64,000 nucleotides of DNA from Flavobacteriales bacterium. Its GTDB lineage: Bacteria; Bacteroidota; Bacteroidia; Flavobacteriales; BACL11. How positions within the stretch are numbered: position 1 is the first letter of the stretch; every line of letters begins with the position of its first letter. Positions 20,584-31,373 of this stretch are shown piece after piece. A model generated the notes under the pieces. The model was not told where the DNA came from. It searched no databases and saw only the letters and a program-made list of their open reading frames with translations. The position numbers and the translations under genes were made by a program. The stretch covers positions 699,159 through 763,158 of the forward strand of contig OZ238992.1 of NCBI GenBank assembly GCA_965183885.1. The letters run 5' to 3'.

Positions 20584-23286
20584 TTATTTTTTAAAAACTT
20601 TATCAATTAATTCGTTTTGTTCTACTGCTGAAGTTTTACTTGAACCTGTAGCAGTTGCTGCTGATGCCTCTCTTGCGATAACATCAATTCCAAATGTTCT
20701 TAGCTCAGACAGAATAAATGTCCAAGCACCCATATTTTCTGGTTCTTCTTGTACCCAAACTACCTCTTTAGCATTGTATTTTTCAATCAATCCTTTTATT
20801 CCTTTTTTATCTAATGGGAACAATTGTTCTACTCTTACTAAAGCTACATTTTCTGCACCCTCTTTTTCTCTTCTATCCAATAATTCATAGTAGATTTTTC
20901 CGCTACAAAGCACTAACCTTTCTACTGATTTTGGATTAATCGTGTCATCAATAACCCCTTCAAACTTCCCATCTGCCAAATCTGAAATAGACGACACACA
21001 CTTAGGGTGTCTTAATAAACTCTTAGGTGTAAACACTACTAAAGGCTTTCTGAAATCCCTTTTTAGCTGTCTTCTCATCATATGATAGAAATTAGCAGGA
21101 GTAGTACAGTTTACAATTTGCATATTATACTTCGCACAAAGCTGTAAGTATCTTTCTAATCGTGCTGAAGAATGCTCTGCACCTTGCCCTTCATATCCAT
21201 GAGGCAATAACATTACTAGTCCACTCATCACCTTCCATTTATCCTCTGCACAAGAAATAAATTGATCTAACATAATTTGAGCTCCATTAGAGAAATCTCC
21301 AAATTGTGCTTCCCAAATTGTAAGTGAATTTGGTAAAGTCATAGAATATCCATAATCAAAACCAAGCACTCCATATTCTGAGAGCAAAGAGTTATAAGCT
21401 TCAAATTTAGCCGTTTCACTAATATTATTTAAAGGACAAACTTCTTCCTCTGATTGTTCTACTTTAAGTACAGCATGCCTGTGCGAAAAAGTTCCTCTTT
21501 CTACATCCTGTCCACTTAATCTGATATCATGTCCCTCATCTAATAAAGATGCATAAGCCAACAACTCACCCATTGCCCAATCTAAAGAATCAGATACTTC
21601 TACCATCTTTTTTCTATCAGCCAAAAGCTTTCTAGTTTTCTTAAATAGCTTATCTGCCTCAGGAACATCATATAAATACTTTGCTAATTCCTTTAGCCTA
21701 CCCTTAACTACATTAGTTTTACTCGACCCTTCAAAATTACCCTCAAAATTTCTTTTTATATCACTCCATTCTTCTTTTAAGAAAGGTGTAATTTTTGCTT
21801 TTTTAATTTCTTTTGCCTCATCAAACCTATCTTGTAATAGGTCCTGAAATTCTTTTTCCAATTCTTTAGCAATACTCGCCTCTACAACTCCCTCACTCAT
21901 TAATTTCTCCTTATAAATCTCTCTTGGGTTAGGGTGTTTTGATATTGCTTCGTATAATTTTGGCTGTGTAAATCTTGGCTCATCTCCTTCATTGTGTCCA
22001 TACTTTCTATAACACAATAAATCAATAAATACATCCTTATGATATTTTTGCCTGTACTCTACTGCCAATTGTAAAGCATGGACAACAGCTTCTACATCAT
22101 CACCATTTACGTGCATTACTGGCGATAGTGTTACCTTAGCGATATCTGTACAATAAGTACTTGATCTTGCATCTAAATAATTAGTTGTAAATCCAACCTG
22201 ATTATTTACTGCAATATGAATTGTTCCTCCTGTTTTATATCCATCTAGCTGAGCCATCTGAATAACCTCATATACCACTCCTTGTCCTGCAAGTGCTGCA
22301 TCACCATGCAATAATATTGGTAATGTTTTCTTTAAATCACCTCCATATTTACTATCTAACTTTGCTCTAGTAATTCCTTCAACAACAGGATCAACAGCCT
22401 CTAAGTGAGATGGATTAGGAGTTAAATTTAGTTTGATGTTATTTCCATTACTACATTTCTGAACTGAAGTAAACCCTAAGTGATACTTTACATCTCCTGC
22501 AATATTATCATCTTCATATAGCTTCCCTTCAAATTCTGAAAATATTTCTTTATACGTCTTGTTGAAGATATTTGCTAATACATTTAACCTTCCTCTATGT
22601 GCCATACCCATAACAAACTCTTCTACTCCTAGCTCTGAACTGTGTTCTACTAAAGCATCTAAGGCTGGAATTAAAGATTCTGCTCCTTCCAGTGAGAATC
22701 TCTTTTGTCCTACAAACTTTTTATGTAAAAAGTTCTCAAATGCTACAGCCTGATTTAATTTATGTAAAATATGTTTCTTTTGAGTAACTTCAAATTTTGG
22801 AGTATTTGAATTTTTATGTAATCTATTCTTAATCCATTCAATTTCTTTAGGATCACGAATATACATGTACTCCACTCCAATTGATTGGCAATATACTTTT
22901 TTAAGATGTGCTATAATATCTGAAAGTTTTGCAGCACCAATCCCTACCTGCTCTCCAGCCTGAAACTCAATATCTAAATCTGATTCTTCTAAACCAAAAT
23001 TTTTATAATCTAAAGTTGGAGTATACTTTCTTCGCTCTCTTACTGGATTTGTTTTAGTAAATAAGTGACCACTCTTACGATAAGCATTTATCAAGTCTAT
23101 CACCTTAAATTCTTTTTGAAAAGCTTGAGGAATATCATCCTCAGAATATACTTCTTTTGCAAAGTCGAAACCTTGAAAGAAACTACTCCATTCTTCACTT
23201 ATGCTCTGTGGGTCTTGCTGAAACTTGTCGTACATCTGCTCCACTAAACCCGTATGTAATGCTCCTAAAAAGGAAAACTTATCCAT
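20584..23286 (-). CDS. sucA: 2-oxoglutarate dehydrogenase E1 component
   Basis: I moved the start to ATG 23286 (MDKFSFLGALHTG...); the track's TTG at 23313 lies inside the promoter box. About 900 aa with a 3-nt gap to sucB. Confidence 0.93.
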   Translation of the reverse strand: MDKFSFLGALHTGLVEQMYDKFQQDPQSISEEWSSFFQGFDFAKEVYSEDDIPQAFQKEFKVIDLINAYRKSGHLFTKTNPVRERRKYTPTLDYKNFGLEESDLDIEFQAGEQVGIGAAKLSDIIAHLKKVYCQSIGVEYMYIRDPKEIEWIKNRLHKNSNTPKFEVTQKKHILHKLNQAVAFENFLHKKFVGQKRFSLEGAESLIPALDALVEHSSELGVEEFVMGMAHRGRLNVLANIFNKTYKEIFSEFEGKLYEDDNIAGDVKYHLGFTSVQKCSNGNNIKLNLTPNPSHLEAVDPVVEGITRAKLDSKYGGDLKKTLPILLHGDAALAGQGVVYEVIQMAQLDGYKTGGTIHIAVNNQVGFTTNYLDARSSTYCTDIAKVTLSPVMHVNGDDVEAVVHALQLAVEYRQKYHKDVFIDLLCYRKYGHNEGDEPRFTQPKLYEAISKHPNPREIYKEKLMSEGVVEASIAKELEKEFQDLLQDRFDEAKEIKKAKITPFLKEEWSDIKRNFEGNFEGSSKTNVVKGRLKELAKYLYDVPEADKLFKKTRKLLADRKKMVEVSDSLDWAMGELLAYASLLDEGHDIRLSGQDVERGTFSHRHAVLKVEQSEEEVCPLNNISETAKFEAYNSLLSEYGVLGFDYGYSMTLPNSLTIWEAQFGDFSNGAQIMLDQFISCAEDKWKVMSGLVMLLPHGYEGQGAEHSSARLERYLQLCAKYNMQIVNCTTPANFYHMMRRQLKRDFRKPLVVFTPKSLLRHPKCVSSISDLADGKFEGVIDDTINPKSVERLVLCSGKIYYELLDRREKEGAENVALVRVEQLFPLDKKGIKGLIEKYNAKEVVWVQEEPENMGAWTFILSELRTFGIDVIAREASAATATGSSKTSAVEQNELIDKVFKK

Positions 23287-23310
23287 TCTATAATTGGTAA
23301 AATTTAGATG

Positions 23311-23318
23311 CAAAATTA
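23311..23318 (-). promoter_or_regulatory. -7 box (TAatTTTG) for sucAB
   Basis: Plus-strand caaaatta is TAATTTTG on the minus strand, 24 nt upstream of the ATG at 23286. Confidence 0.55.
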
Positions 23319-23439
23319 TCTAATTTTATAAACCTAGCAGTAGAAAATAAAGATTTTATCCAATAATCTCAAATTCTTAAACTGAATAGCGCCTTTAGCA
23401 GCACAATAAAAAGAGAATGATTGAAAAAACATCAAATTA

Positions 23440-23784
23440 CTAACTGCTGTATTTTTTTCGCAATACTACCTTATACAGCTCTCTTTTCACAATTAATTCT
23501 GCCAACATCTCATTAAAAGTAAGCTCCGTAACCTGCATTGTTTCTTTTACCTTCTCTTCTGACAAATCAATACGATACAATAAATTTAAAATTCGTGTTG
23601 GATCTTTCTCATTTAAAGCATTAACAAGATAGCTAGTAAACTCAAAAAGTTGGGTGTAATTTTTTACAGGCTTAATAATGTCAAAATTTATGCCTACCAT
23701 CAAAAAATCTTTCTCAAGCTGAACTACAGTTTCTTCAAGATATTCATTGGCTTTAAGCTGTGCATCTAAAGCTACTAAATCCAT
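23440..23784 (-). CDS. Hypothetical protein (114 aa), translationally coupled to the polyprenyl synthase
   Basis: Clean ORF with a TAATG 1-nt overlap with the upstream gene. It is predicted helical with no recognisable motif. Confidence 0.55.
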   Translation of the reverse strand: MDLVALDAQLKANEYLEETVVQLEKDFLMVGINFDIIKPVKNYTQLFEFTSYLVNALNEKDPTRILNLLYRIDLSEEKVKETMQVTELTFNEMLAELIVKRELYKVVLRKKYSS

Positions 23785-24752
23785 TAGCTAACTCTAGCTA
23801 ATAACAATTCTGAGAAATGCATTAAGTGCTCTTTATTCTTTACTGACACTGCATCAAGGTGTTTCATAGCTATACTATGATACTCTTTCATTAAATCCGT
23901 AGTGTGCTTAGGAATTTCTAAAGCAGAAAAAATTGACTTAACAGCCGCTACTTTTTCTTCAGCATTAGCAGTATTCTCTGAGAAATAGTTCTTCAATTCT
24001 TGGTGTTGTTCTGGGCTCGAAACCTCTAAAGCTTTCAGATATAAATATGTTTTTTTATTTGCTAAAACATCTCCTCCCACTTGCTTTCCAAATGTATCTG
24101 GGTTCCCAAAAGCATCTAATAAATCATCTTTCAACTGAAAAGCAATTCCCATATTTCTACCAAACTCATACAAATGATTTGCATCTGTTACACTTGCACC
24201 TGCTGTAATAGCTCCTATCTGCAAAGCTGCAGCTAATAATACTGATGTTTTATACTCAATCATTTTTAAATAATCTGCAATACTTACAGCATCCTGAGTT
24301 TCAAAATCCATATCCCACTGCTGCCCTTCGCATACCTCAATTGCAGCCTTACTAAATACAGATAAGACCTCTTTAACAACAGCCTGATCCGCAGTAGTCA
24401 TTAATTGATAGGCTTGCACTAACATCGTATCTCCTGAAAGAATTGCCACATTATTATTCCATTTTTCATGAACTGTTTGTTGCCCCCTCCTAAGTGGAGC
24501 ATCATCCATAATATCATCATGTAATAAAGTGAAATTATGAAAAACCTCTATGGCTAAAGCAGGTTTAACAGCAGCACTTATATCGCTATTAAATAACTGG
24601 TGTGCCATTAGAACCAAGACAGGACGCATACGCTTAGCTCCTAAACCCAAAATATAATCAATAGGCTGGTATAACTGGCTTGGCGTTTCAGGATAATTAA
24701 TCCCCTCTAACTCTTGCTCAATTAGTAAGCGTAGTTCATCTAATGTTTGCAT
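23784..24752 (-). CDS. trans-polyprenyl diphosphate synthase
   Basis: 322 aa with first and second Asp-rich motifs LLHDDIMDD and FQLKDDLLD. Product chain length cannot be told from sequence. Confidence 0.88.
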   Translation of the reverse strand: MQTLDELRLLIEQELEGINYPETPSQLYQPIDYILGLGAKRMRPVLVLMAHQLFNSDISAAVKPALAIEVFHNFTLLHDDIMDDAPLRRGQQTVHEKWNNNVAILSGDTMLVQAYQLMTTADQAVVKEVLSVFSKAAIEVCEGQQWDMDFETQDAVSIADYLKMIEYKTSVLLAAALQIGAITAGASVTDANHLYEFGRNMGIAFQLKDDLLDAFGNPDTFGKQVGGDVLANKKTYLYLKALEVSSPEQHQELKNYFSENTANAEEKVAAVKSIFSALEIPKHTTDLMKEYHSIAMKHLDAVSVKNKEHLMHFSELLLARVS

Positions 24753-25609
24753 TATTTATCAGCTAATTTAACTAGATAATCGCCGTAACCACTCTTACGC
24801 AATGGCTCTGCAATTTTTAATAACTGAGCTTTATCAATAAAGCCCATCTTATAAGCTGCTTCTTCTATACATCCTATTTTTCTTCCTTGTCGTTCTTCAA
24901 TTACCTGCACATATTGGTTGGCTTGCATTAGCGACTGAAAAGTACCTGTATCTAACCAAGCTACTCCTCTCCCTAACAAACGGACATCAAGCGTTCCTCT
25001 TTTTAAGTATTCCTTATTTACATCTGTAATTTCATATTCACCTCTAGCTGAGGGCTTAATATTTTTTGCGATTTCAACAACTGAATTGTCATAATAATAT
25101 AATCCTGGAACAGCATAATTAGATTTTGGATTCTCAGGTTTTTCCTCAATAGAAAGCACCTTAAAGTTCTCATCATATTCTACAACACCATAGCGTTCAG
25201 GATCATTAACATGGTAACCAAAAACAATTCCTCCATCTACATTTCTACATGATGTTAAAGTATCAACTTTCATTTGAAAGATATTATCTCCCAAGATTAG
25301 ACATACCTTATCATCCCCTATAAACTCTTCTCCAATTACAAAGGCTTGAGCTAAACCATTAGGATTTTCTTGTACTTTATATTCAAACTTACAACCTAAG
25401 CTGCTACCATCACCCAATAGTTTTTTAAATAAAGGTAAATCATGAGGGGTAGAAATAATTAGAATCTCTCTTATTCCAGAGTACAATAACGTTGATAAAG
25501 GATAATAAATCATGGGTTTATCGTAAATAGGCATCATCTGCTTACTTACTGCTAACGTTAAAGGATGTAGTCTTGTTCCTGACCCTCCTGCTAATATTAT
25601 TCCTTTCAT
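24752..25609 (-). CDS. rfbA: Glucose-1-phosphate thymidylyltransferase
   Basis: 285 aa. [18 protein letters not shown]...[16 protein letters not shown] is the RmlA signature. Confidence 0.92.
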   Translation of the reverse strand: MKGIILAGGSGTRLHPLTLAVSKQMMPIYDKPMIYYPLSTLLYSGIREILIISTPHDLPLFKKLLGDGSSLGCKFEYKVQENPNGLAQAFVIGEEFIGDDKVCLILGDNIFQMKVDTLTSCRNVDGGIVFGYHVNDPERYGVVEYDENFKVLSIEEKPENPKSNYAVPGLYYYDNSVVEIAKNIKPSARGEYEITDVNKEYLKRGTLDVRLLGRGVAWLDTGTFQSLMQANQYVQVIEERQGRKIGCIEEAAYKMGFIDKAQLLKIAEPLRKSGYGDYLVKLADK

Positions 25610-25614
25610 AATTA

Positions 25615-27996
25615 CTATTTATTTCGTTTTACTTTTAGCTCATCCAACTCAATATCTTCTTCTTCATCAAAAATATCAAGCAAAGGCTCATTAAAAGACT
25701 CTGTTGTAATTGCTCTTTCTAAAGAAAGTAAAAGTGCTGGCAATAACAATAGATTGGCTAGCATCGCTAATAATAGCGTAATTGAAACCAACAAACCAAG
25801 AGCTATAGTTCCTCCAAAATCAGAGGCTATAAAGATAAAAAATCCAAAGAAAAGAACAACTGATGTATAGAACATACTTACACCTGTCTCTTTTAGTGCT
25901 GCAATAACTGATTTTTTAATGTACCAATTATTAGCAAGTAACTCTTGTCTGTACTTTGCTAAAAAGTGAATAGTATCATCAACAGAAATACCAAATGCTA
26001 TACTAAACACTAGTATTGTAGAAGGCTTTAATGCAATGCCAAAATAACCCATAATTGCCCCAGTAAGTAATAAAGGAATAAGATTTGGGATAAGTGAAAC
26101 AACCACCATTCTGAATGAATTAAACATCCAAGCCATAAATATTGAAATCAGTACAATTACCAATAAAAGACTAAGCATTAGATTTTTAATAAGAAATTTT
26201 GTCCCATTTAAGAATACTATACTACTTCCTGTTACTGTAACAGTATACTTATCAGGATTAAAAATAGTATTAATTTTAGGAATTAAATCCATAAATATAC
26301 TATCCATTCTTGAAGTACTAATATCTGCCATTCGCAAACTAATTCGAGCTTCCTGCTTAAGGCTATCCATAAGTAAAACATCAGTATTTAGCCCCTCCGC
26401 ACTATTTGTTAAATAAGATAGTAATAGCCTTTGTTCCTGAGCATTTGGCAAAGCATAATAAGCTGAATCTCCATTATAGAATGCTTGCTTACTATACTTA
26501 ACTCCATTAATATATGAACTAGGTTTAGAAAACTCTTTATATGTAGAAAGTAAATTTTCTAGTTTCTCAATCTTAGCTAAATTATATGATTTTAACAAAC
26601 CATTTTTCTTTTTTGTATCTACTATTACCTCTAAAGGCATTACCCCTCCAAAATTTGATTCAAAAAATTTCAGATCTTTATACAAACTCTCCTCTTTTGG
26701 CAAATCATCGGTAAGATTCCCTGTTGTTTTTACCAGATTAACTCCATAAAATCCTATTATAGCAAGAATAACTGTAACTATATAAATTGCTCTTCTTCTG
26801 TGCTGTACTAAATATGTTAAGAACGCAACTATTTGCTTAACCCACTGCTTATCTAAATGTTTTGTATGCCGTTTCTTTGGGGGGCTAGCAAAACTGAAAA
26901 ATATTGGAATAATAATAATTGAAAGCAGAAAAATAAATAAAATATTGATTGAAGCAATAACTCCAAACTCTTGTAATGTTTGACTTTTAGTAAGTATAAA
27001 AGCTGCAAAACCTGAAGCAGTTGTAATATTAGTTAGAAGCGTAATATTCCCAATTTTAAGCACCATTCTTTTTAATGCTTTTGCTTTGTTTTTATGGTTC
27101 TTAAATTCATTATGGAATTTATTAATCAGAAATATACAATTAGGAATTCCAATAACAATTATTACTGGAGGTACTAAAGCCATTAATATTGATATTTCAT
27201 AATCAAATAAGGCCATGGTACCAAATGCCCAAATTACACCTACAATTACTACTACCATTGATACAATGGTTGCCTTAAATGATCGGAAAAACAAAAACAA
27301 TATAAATGATGTGATAAGTAAAGTAAGTACAATAAATACTGATATTTCCTCTTTTACTTTTATAGAGTCTACTGTTCTGATATAAGGTAATCCTGAGTAA
27401 TGTACTTTAACCCCATATTTATCAGCATAAGCGTCTGTAATCTCTTTAATAGAAAAGATAAGGTCTTTTCTTCCTGGGGTCTGCATTATAGCATTTTCCA
27501 GTTTTATCATTACTGCTGTTACATTTCCACTACTATTACTAAGGATTCCCTGGTAAAAAGGCTGTGCCAAAAATACATTGTAAGCTGAATCTAAAGCTTT
27601 CTGCGTAACTATCTCTGAAGTATACCACGGCTTAGTTTCAAAAGTCTTTTTTTCCTTATTTTTAATCAGTATAGGGAAATCTGTTAATCCAACTAAAGCT
27701 TCAACTCCTTCTATTTCCTTAATCTCTTTTGAAATATTATCCCAGTCTTTTAAATGCGCTACAGTACATAAACTATCATCTTCTATTGCAATTGCAAGAA
27801 TACTATGTTGTCCATATTTTCTATTGAAATTGTCATAATCAATATATACTTGATGATCCTCAGGCAATATCTTTGCCATGGTATAAGACAAGCGTACACC
27901 AGTAGCTGCATGAAACATATAAGTTGTTAAGGCAACTAATAAAACGATAAAAAGGACTCTATATCTTAAGATAATTCTGGAAAGTAAATTCCACAT
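25615..27996 (-). CDS. RND-superfamily MMPL/SSD-type transporter (two 6-TM bundles)
   Basis: 793 aa with two hydrophobic blocks separated by large soluble loops and an acidic tail [13 protein letters not shown]. There is no adjacent adaptor or OMP gene. Confidence 0.75.
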   Translation of the reverse strand: MWNLLSRIILRYRVLFIVLLVALTTYMFHAATGVRLSYTMAKILPEDHQVYIDYDNFNRKYGQHSILAIAIEDDSLCTVAHLKDWDNISKEIKEIEGVEALVGLTDFPILIKNKEKKTFETKPWYTSEIVTQKALDSAYNVFLAQPFYQGILSNSSGNVTAVMIKLENAIMQTPGRKDLIFSIKEITDAYADKYGVKVHYSGLPYIRTVDSIKVKEEISVFIVLTLLITSFILFLFFRSFKATIVSMVVVIVGVIWAFGTMALFDYEISILMALVPPVIIVIGIPNCIFLINKFHNEFKNHKNKAKALKRMVLKIGNITLLTNITTASGFAAFILTKSQTLQEFGVIASINILFIFLLSIIIIPIFFSFASPPKKRHTKHLDKQWVKQIVAFLTYLVQHRRRAIYIVTVILAIIGFYGVNLVKTTGNLTDDLPKEESLYKDLKFFESNFGGVMPLEVIVDTKKKNGLLKSYNLAKIEKLENLLSTYKEFSKPSSYINGVKYSKQAFYNGDSAYYALPNAQEQRLLLSYLTNSAEGLNTDVLLMDSLKQEARISLRMADISTSRMDSIFMDLIPKINTIFNPDKYTVTVTGSSIVFLNGTKFLIKNLMLSLLLVIVLISIFMAWMFNSFRMVVVSLIPNLIPLLLTGAIMGYFGIALKPSTILVFSIAFGISVDDTIHFLAKYRQELLANNWYIKKSVIAALKETGVSMFYTSVVLFFGFFIFIASDFGGTIALGLLVSITLLLAMLANLLLLPALLLSLERAITTESFNEPLLDIFDEEEDIELDELKVKRNK

Positions 27997-28050
27997 ATTT
28001 TATATAATAATTTTGCTAAAAACTTTAATTTTAAAAGTTAGTAAATTGCT

Positions 28051-28062
28051 GTGTGTGTGTGT
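28051..28062. repeat. (GT)6 dinucleotide repeat
   Basis: gtgtgtgtgtgt lies between the transporter start (27996) and the frr terminator. Confidence 0.9.
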
Positions 28063-28089
28063 AAAAAAAGGAGCTATAAAAGCTCCTTT
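28063..28089 (-). terminator. Intrinsic terminator after frr
   Basis: AAAGGAGCT-ataaa-AGCTCCTTT. On the minus strand it is followed by a T7 run. Confidence 0.75.
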
Positions 28090-28109
28090 AAAATTTGCAT
28101 TACCAAATA

Positions 28110-28673
28110 CTAAACTGTCATTATATCTGCTTCTTTTGAAACAAATATCTTATCAATATTTGCTGTAAATGTATTAGTTAGCGACTGTACACTTTCTTCA
28201 GCTCCTCTTACTAAATCCTCTGATAAGCCATCCTTTCCTAACTTTTTCATTTCGTCATTAGCCTTTTGTCTAATATTTCTAACACTCACTTTAGCATTCT
28301 CTATTTCAGCCTTTACTTGTCTAACTAAATCCTTTCTTCTTTCTTCTGTTAAAGGCGGAACATTAATGATAACTCTCTCTCCATTATTTGAAGGATTAAA
28401 TCCAAGGTTTGCGTCAGAAATTGCTTTCTCTATCTCAGTAATTAAACCCTTATCAAATGGTTGTATTGATAATGTTTGAGCATCAGGAGTGGAAATATTA
28501 GCTGCTTGTGCTAATGGGGTCATTACCCCATAATAATCTACTTTTACCATTCTTAACATCTGAGGGCTTGCTTTTCCTGCTCTAATTTTACCCAATACTT
28601 GCTCTAAATGCTGTATTGCTTCTTGCATTTGTTCTTTTGCAACATCTAAATGAAAATCTATCTCTTCTGACAT
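28110..28673 (-). CDS. frr: Ribosome recycling factor
   Basis: 187 aa with LGKIRAGKASPQML and PPLTEERRKDLVRQVK. Confidence 0.95.
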   Translation of the reverse strand: MSEEIDFHLDVAKEQMQEAIQHLEQVLGKIRAGKASPQMLRMVKVDYYGVMTPLAQAANISTPDAQTLSIQPFDKGLITEIEKAISDANLGFNPSNNGERVIINVPPLTEERRKDLVRQVKAEIENAKVSVRNIRQKANDEMKKLGKDGLSEDLVRGAEESVQSLTNTFTANIDKIFVSKEADIMTV

Positions 28674-28688
28674 AATATATTAATTGTA

Positions 28689-29396
28689 TTAAAATTTAAC
28701 GAGTGTACCTACATTAGCACCTTTACATACTTTTTCTAAGTTACCTTCAATATTCATATTAAACACCTTAATTGGTAAGTTGTTTTCTTGGCAAAGTGTA
28801 AAGGCAGTTAAGTCCATTACACTCAATTTTTTCTGAAATACTTCATCAAAAGAAATTGTTTCGTACCTAGTAGCACTTGCATCTTTTTCAGGATCAGCAG
28901 TATAAATTCCATCTACTCTTGTTCCTTTTAAAATAACATCCGCCTCAACCTCAATAGCACGCAATGTAGCTGCAGTATCTGTTGTAAAATATGGATTTCC
29001 TGTTCCTCCTCCAAAAATCACTACTCTTCCTTTTTGCAAATGACGCATTGCTTTTCTTCTAATATAAGGTTCAGCAACCTGCTCCATTCTAATAGCTGTA
29101 AGTAATCTTGTTTCTACATCAATAGACTCTAAAGCTGATTGTAAAGCCATACCATTAATAATAGTTGCAAGCATCCCCATATGATCACCTTGCACTCTAT
29201 CAAACCCTGCTCCTTCCGATTGTATTCCTCTATAGATATTTCCTCCTCCAATTACAATTGCTACTTCAATTCCTTGTTTAATAATTGCATCTATTTCACT
29301 AGCGTAACTGCTTAATACTTTTGAATCAATTCCATATTCTCCATCTCCCATTAAAGCTTCTCCGCTTAATTTTAAAAGTATTCTTTTATATTCCAT
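28689..29396 (-). CDS. pyrH: UMP kinase
   Basis: 235 aa with [23 protein letters not shown] and [16 protein letters not shown]. Confidence 0.95.
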   Translation of the reverse strand: MEYKRILLKLSGEALMGDGEYGIDSKVLSSYASEIDAIIKQGIEVAIVIGGGNIYRGIQSEGAGFDRVQGDHMGMLATIINGMALQSALESIDVETRLLTAIRMEQVAEPYIRRKAMRHLQKGRVVIFGGGTGNPYFTTDTAATLRAIEVEADVILKGTRVDGIYTADPEKDASATRYETISFDEVFQKKLSVMDLTAFTLCQENNLPIKVFNMNIEGNLEKVCKGANVGTLVKF

Positions 29397-29415
29397 AGTT
29401 GTTAAAAAAGTTGCT

Positions 29416-29423
29416 CAAAGATA
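29416..29423 (-). promoter_or_regulatory. -7 box (TAtcTTTG) for pyrH-frr
   Basis: Plus-strand caaagata is TATCTTTG on the minus strand, 19 nt upstream of the ATG at 29396. Confidence 0.5.
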
Positions 29424-29471
29424 GGGAATTCCACTAAAGCAAAGGAAACTGTAGTTCGGATTTTTATAAAC

Positions 29472-29498
29472 AAAAAAAACCACCCTAAAAGGATGGTT
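29472..29498 (-). terminator. Intrinsic terminator after tsf
   Basis: The minus strand reads AACCATCC-tttta-GGGTGGTT followed by T8. The wobble pair works only on the minus strand. Confidence 0.75.
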
Positions 29499-29523
29499 TT
29501 TATACTATTTTAAAGCGCTTAGA

Positions 29524-30489
29524 TTAACCTAAAGCTACTCTTTTAAAGCTACTTACAGCAACATCACCATAAGTATTAATATAATCTGCTACATTCTTAC
29601 TTTCATCTTTAATGAAGTTTTGATCTAATAAACATTGTTCTTGATCAAGAGTTGTATTATCAGAAACAAAACGCTCCATTTTTCCAGGAATAATTCTGTC
29701 CCAAATTTGCTCTGGCTTACCTTCAGCTTTCAATTCTGCCTTAGCAGCTTCTTCAGCAGTAGCCATTACTTCTTCAGATAATTGCGACATAGAAATATAC
29801 TGAGGAATGTTTTTAAGTGTTTTACCTAATCTACCTAACTCAATATTTTCTTTCTCAATTACAGCAATTCTAGCCTCAGTTTCTGAAGCAACAAATGCTG
29901 CATCAAAATCTTTATATGATAAAGTAGTTGCACCCATTGATGCAGCTTGCATAGCTAAATCTTTAGTTAATTCTTCTGCTTTATCAATTGAAGAAGTTAA
30001 ACCAACGATAGCAGCAATTTTACCACCATGAATATAAGACCCTACATAAGGAGCTTCTACTCTTTCAAATGCTGAGATATCTAATTTTTCACCAATAACT
30101 CCAGTTTGCTCAATTAACTTATCAGCTACTGACATTCCGTTAAAATCAGCTGCTAAAAAAGTTTCTTTACTTTCATGACCTAAAGCAATATCAGCAAACT
30201 CGCTTGCTAATTCTTTAAATGAATCATTTTTTGCAACAAAATCAGTTTCACAAGCTAATACAATTGCAACACCAACAGTATTATCACTGTTAATTTTTGC
30301 AGTTGCAATACCTTCAGTTGCGTCTCTATCAGCACGCTTTGCAGCTACTTTTTGTCCTTTTTTTCTTAGTACAGTAATTGCTGCTTCAAAATCGCCATTA
30401 GCCTCAACTAATGCTTTTTTACAATCCATCATTCCTGCACCTGTTTGCTTTCTTAATTTGGCTACATCAGCCGCTTTAATTGCTCCCAT
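29524..30489 (-). CDS. tsf: Translation elongation factor Ts
   Basis: 321 aa with VAKLRKQTGAGMMDCKKAL and the ETDFVAKN motif. Confidence 0.95.
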   Translation of the reverse strand: MGAIKAADVAKLRKQTGAGMMDCKKALVEANGDFEAAITVLRKKGQKVAAKRADRDATEGIATAKINSDNTVGVAIVLACETDFVAKNDSFKELASEFADIALGHESKETFLAADFNGMSVADKLIEQTGVIGEKLDISAFERVEAPYVGSYIHGGKIAAIVGLTSSIDKAEELTKDLAMQAASMGATTLSYKDFDAAFVASETEARIAVIEKENIELGRLGKTLKNIPQYISMSQLSEEVMATAEEAAKAELKAEGKPEQIWDRIIPGKMERFVSDNTTLDQEQCLLDQNFIKDESKNVADYINTYGDVAVSSFKRVALG

Positions 30490-30519
30490 TTTATACTTTC
30501 TTTTCTAAAAAATTAATAC

Positions 30520-31272
30520 TTATTTTTCTTCAGCTATTTTCTTAGCTTTATCTTGTTTTTCTACTGCTTTTTTATCTTGATCAGCAGCTCTTTCTTCTAA
30601 TCCTTCAGTAATTGCTTTACTTACAATAGATAAGATACACTCAATAGATTTTGAAGCATCATCATTAGAAGGAATAGGGAAACTTACTTGGCTAGGGTTA
30701 GTATTAGTATCATTCATTGCAAATGAACGAATAGCTAATTTATTAGCCTCAGCTAAAGCAATATGCTCTTTATTAGTATCAACGATAAAGATTGCCTCTG
30801 GCATTCTTGTCATTTTTACAATAGAACCTAAGTTTAAGTCTAGTTTTGCTCTTTGTCTATCAATTTGTAAACGCTCTCTTTTTGATAAAGAATCGAATGT
30901 ACCATTCTCTTTCATTTTATCAATAGTTTGCATTTTTTTGATTGACTTACGGATAGTAGCAAAGTTAGTTAATAAACCACCAGGCCATCTTTCAGTAATA
31001 TAAGGCATGTTTAAAGCTTGAGCTGTTTCAGCAACTAAACCTTTAGCCTGTTTTTTAGTAGCAACAAATAAAATCTTTTTACCTGATTTTGCAATTTGTT
31101 TTAAAGCTGCAGCAGCATCTTCTGCCATTGCTACAGTTTTATTTAAATCAATAATGTGTATCCCATTTTTCTCCATAAATACATAAGGAGCCATTGCTGG
31201 GTTGTACTTCTTTTTTAGGTGACCAAAATGTACACCTGCTTGTAATAATTCTTGGAAGTTTGTTCTTGCCAT
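30520..31272 (-). CDS. rpsB: 30S ribosomal protein S2
   Basis: I moved the start to ATG 31272 (MARTNFQELLQAGVHFGH). It has a Lys/Glu-rich tail. Confidence 0.95.
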   Translation of the reverse strand: MARTNFQELLQAGVHFGHLKKKYNPAMAPYVFMEKNGIHIIDLNKTVAMAEDAAAALKQIAKSGKKILFVATKKQAKGLVAETAQALNMPYITERWPGGLLTNFATIRKSIKKMQTIDKMKENGTFDSLSKRERLQIDRQRAKLDLNLGSIVKMTRMPEAIFIVDTNKEHIALAEANKLAIRSFAMNDTNTNPSQVSFPIPSNDDASKSIECILSIVSKAITEGLEERAADQDKKAVEKQDKAKKIAEEK

Positions 31273-31373
31273 GTTTACTTTCTTTTTGTTGTTAAGCAAC
31301 TGCCTGGTAGAAGTAATATACTTGTCCTTGCAGTTTAGATGCTAAACATTTATTAATAAATTGATTGGTTGTT

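Noticed and set aside
20579-20890. A 103-aa plus-strand ORF at the sucB/sucA junction. There are similar antisense ORFs at 59488-59796 (purT), 43099-43407 (ansA), 48823-49134 (PNGase-like gene) and 3561-3839 (pdxJ).
   Set aside because: They are shadow ORFs opposite strongly recognisable enzymes, with no independent signals.
28051-28062. A (GT)6 repeat upstream of the MMPL transporter, considered as a possible phase-variation tract.
   Set aside because: It has only six units and lies about 55-65 nt upstream of the start, next to the frr terminator rather than between promoter elements. It is too short and poorly placed to argue for slipped-strand regulation.
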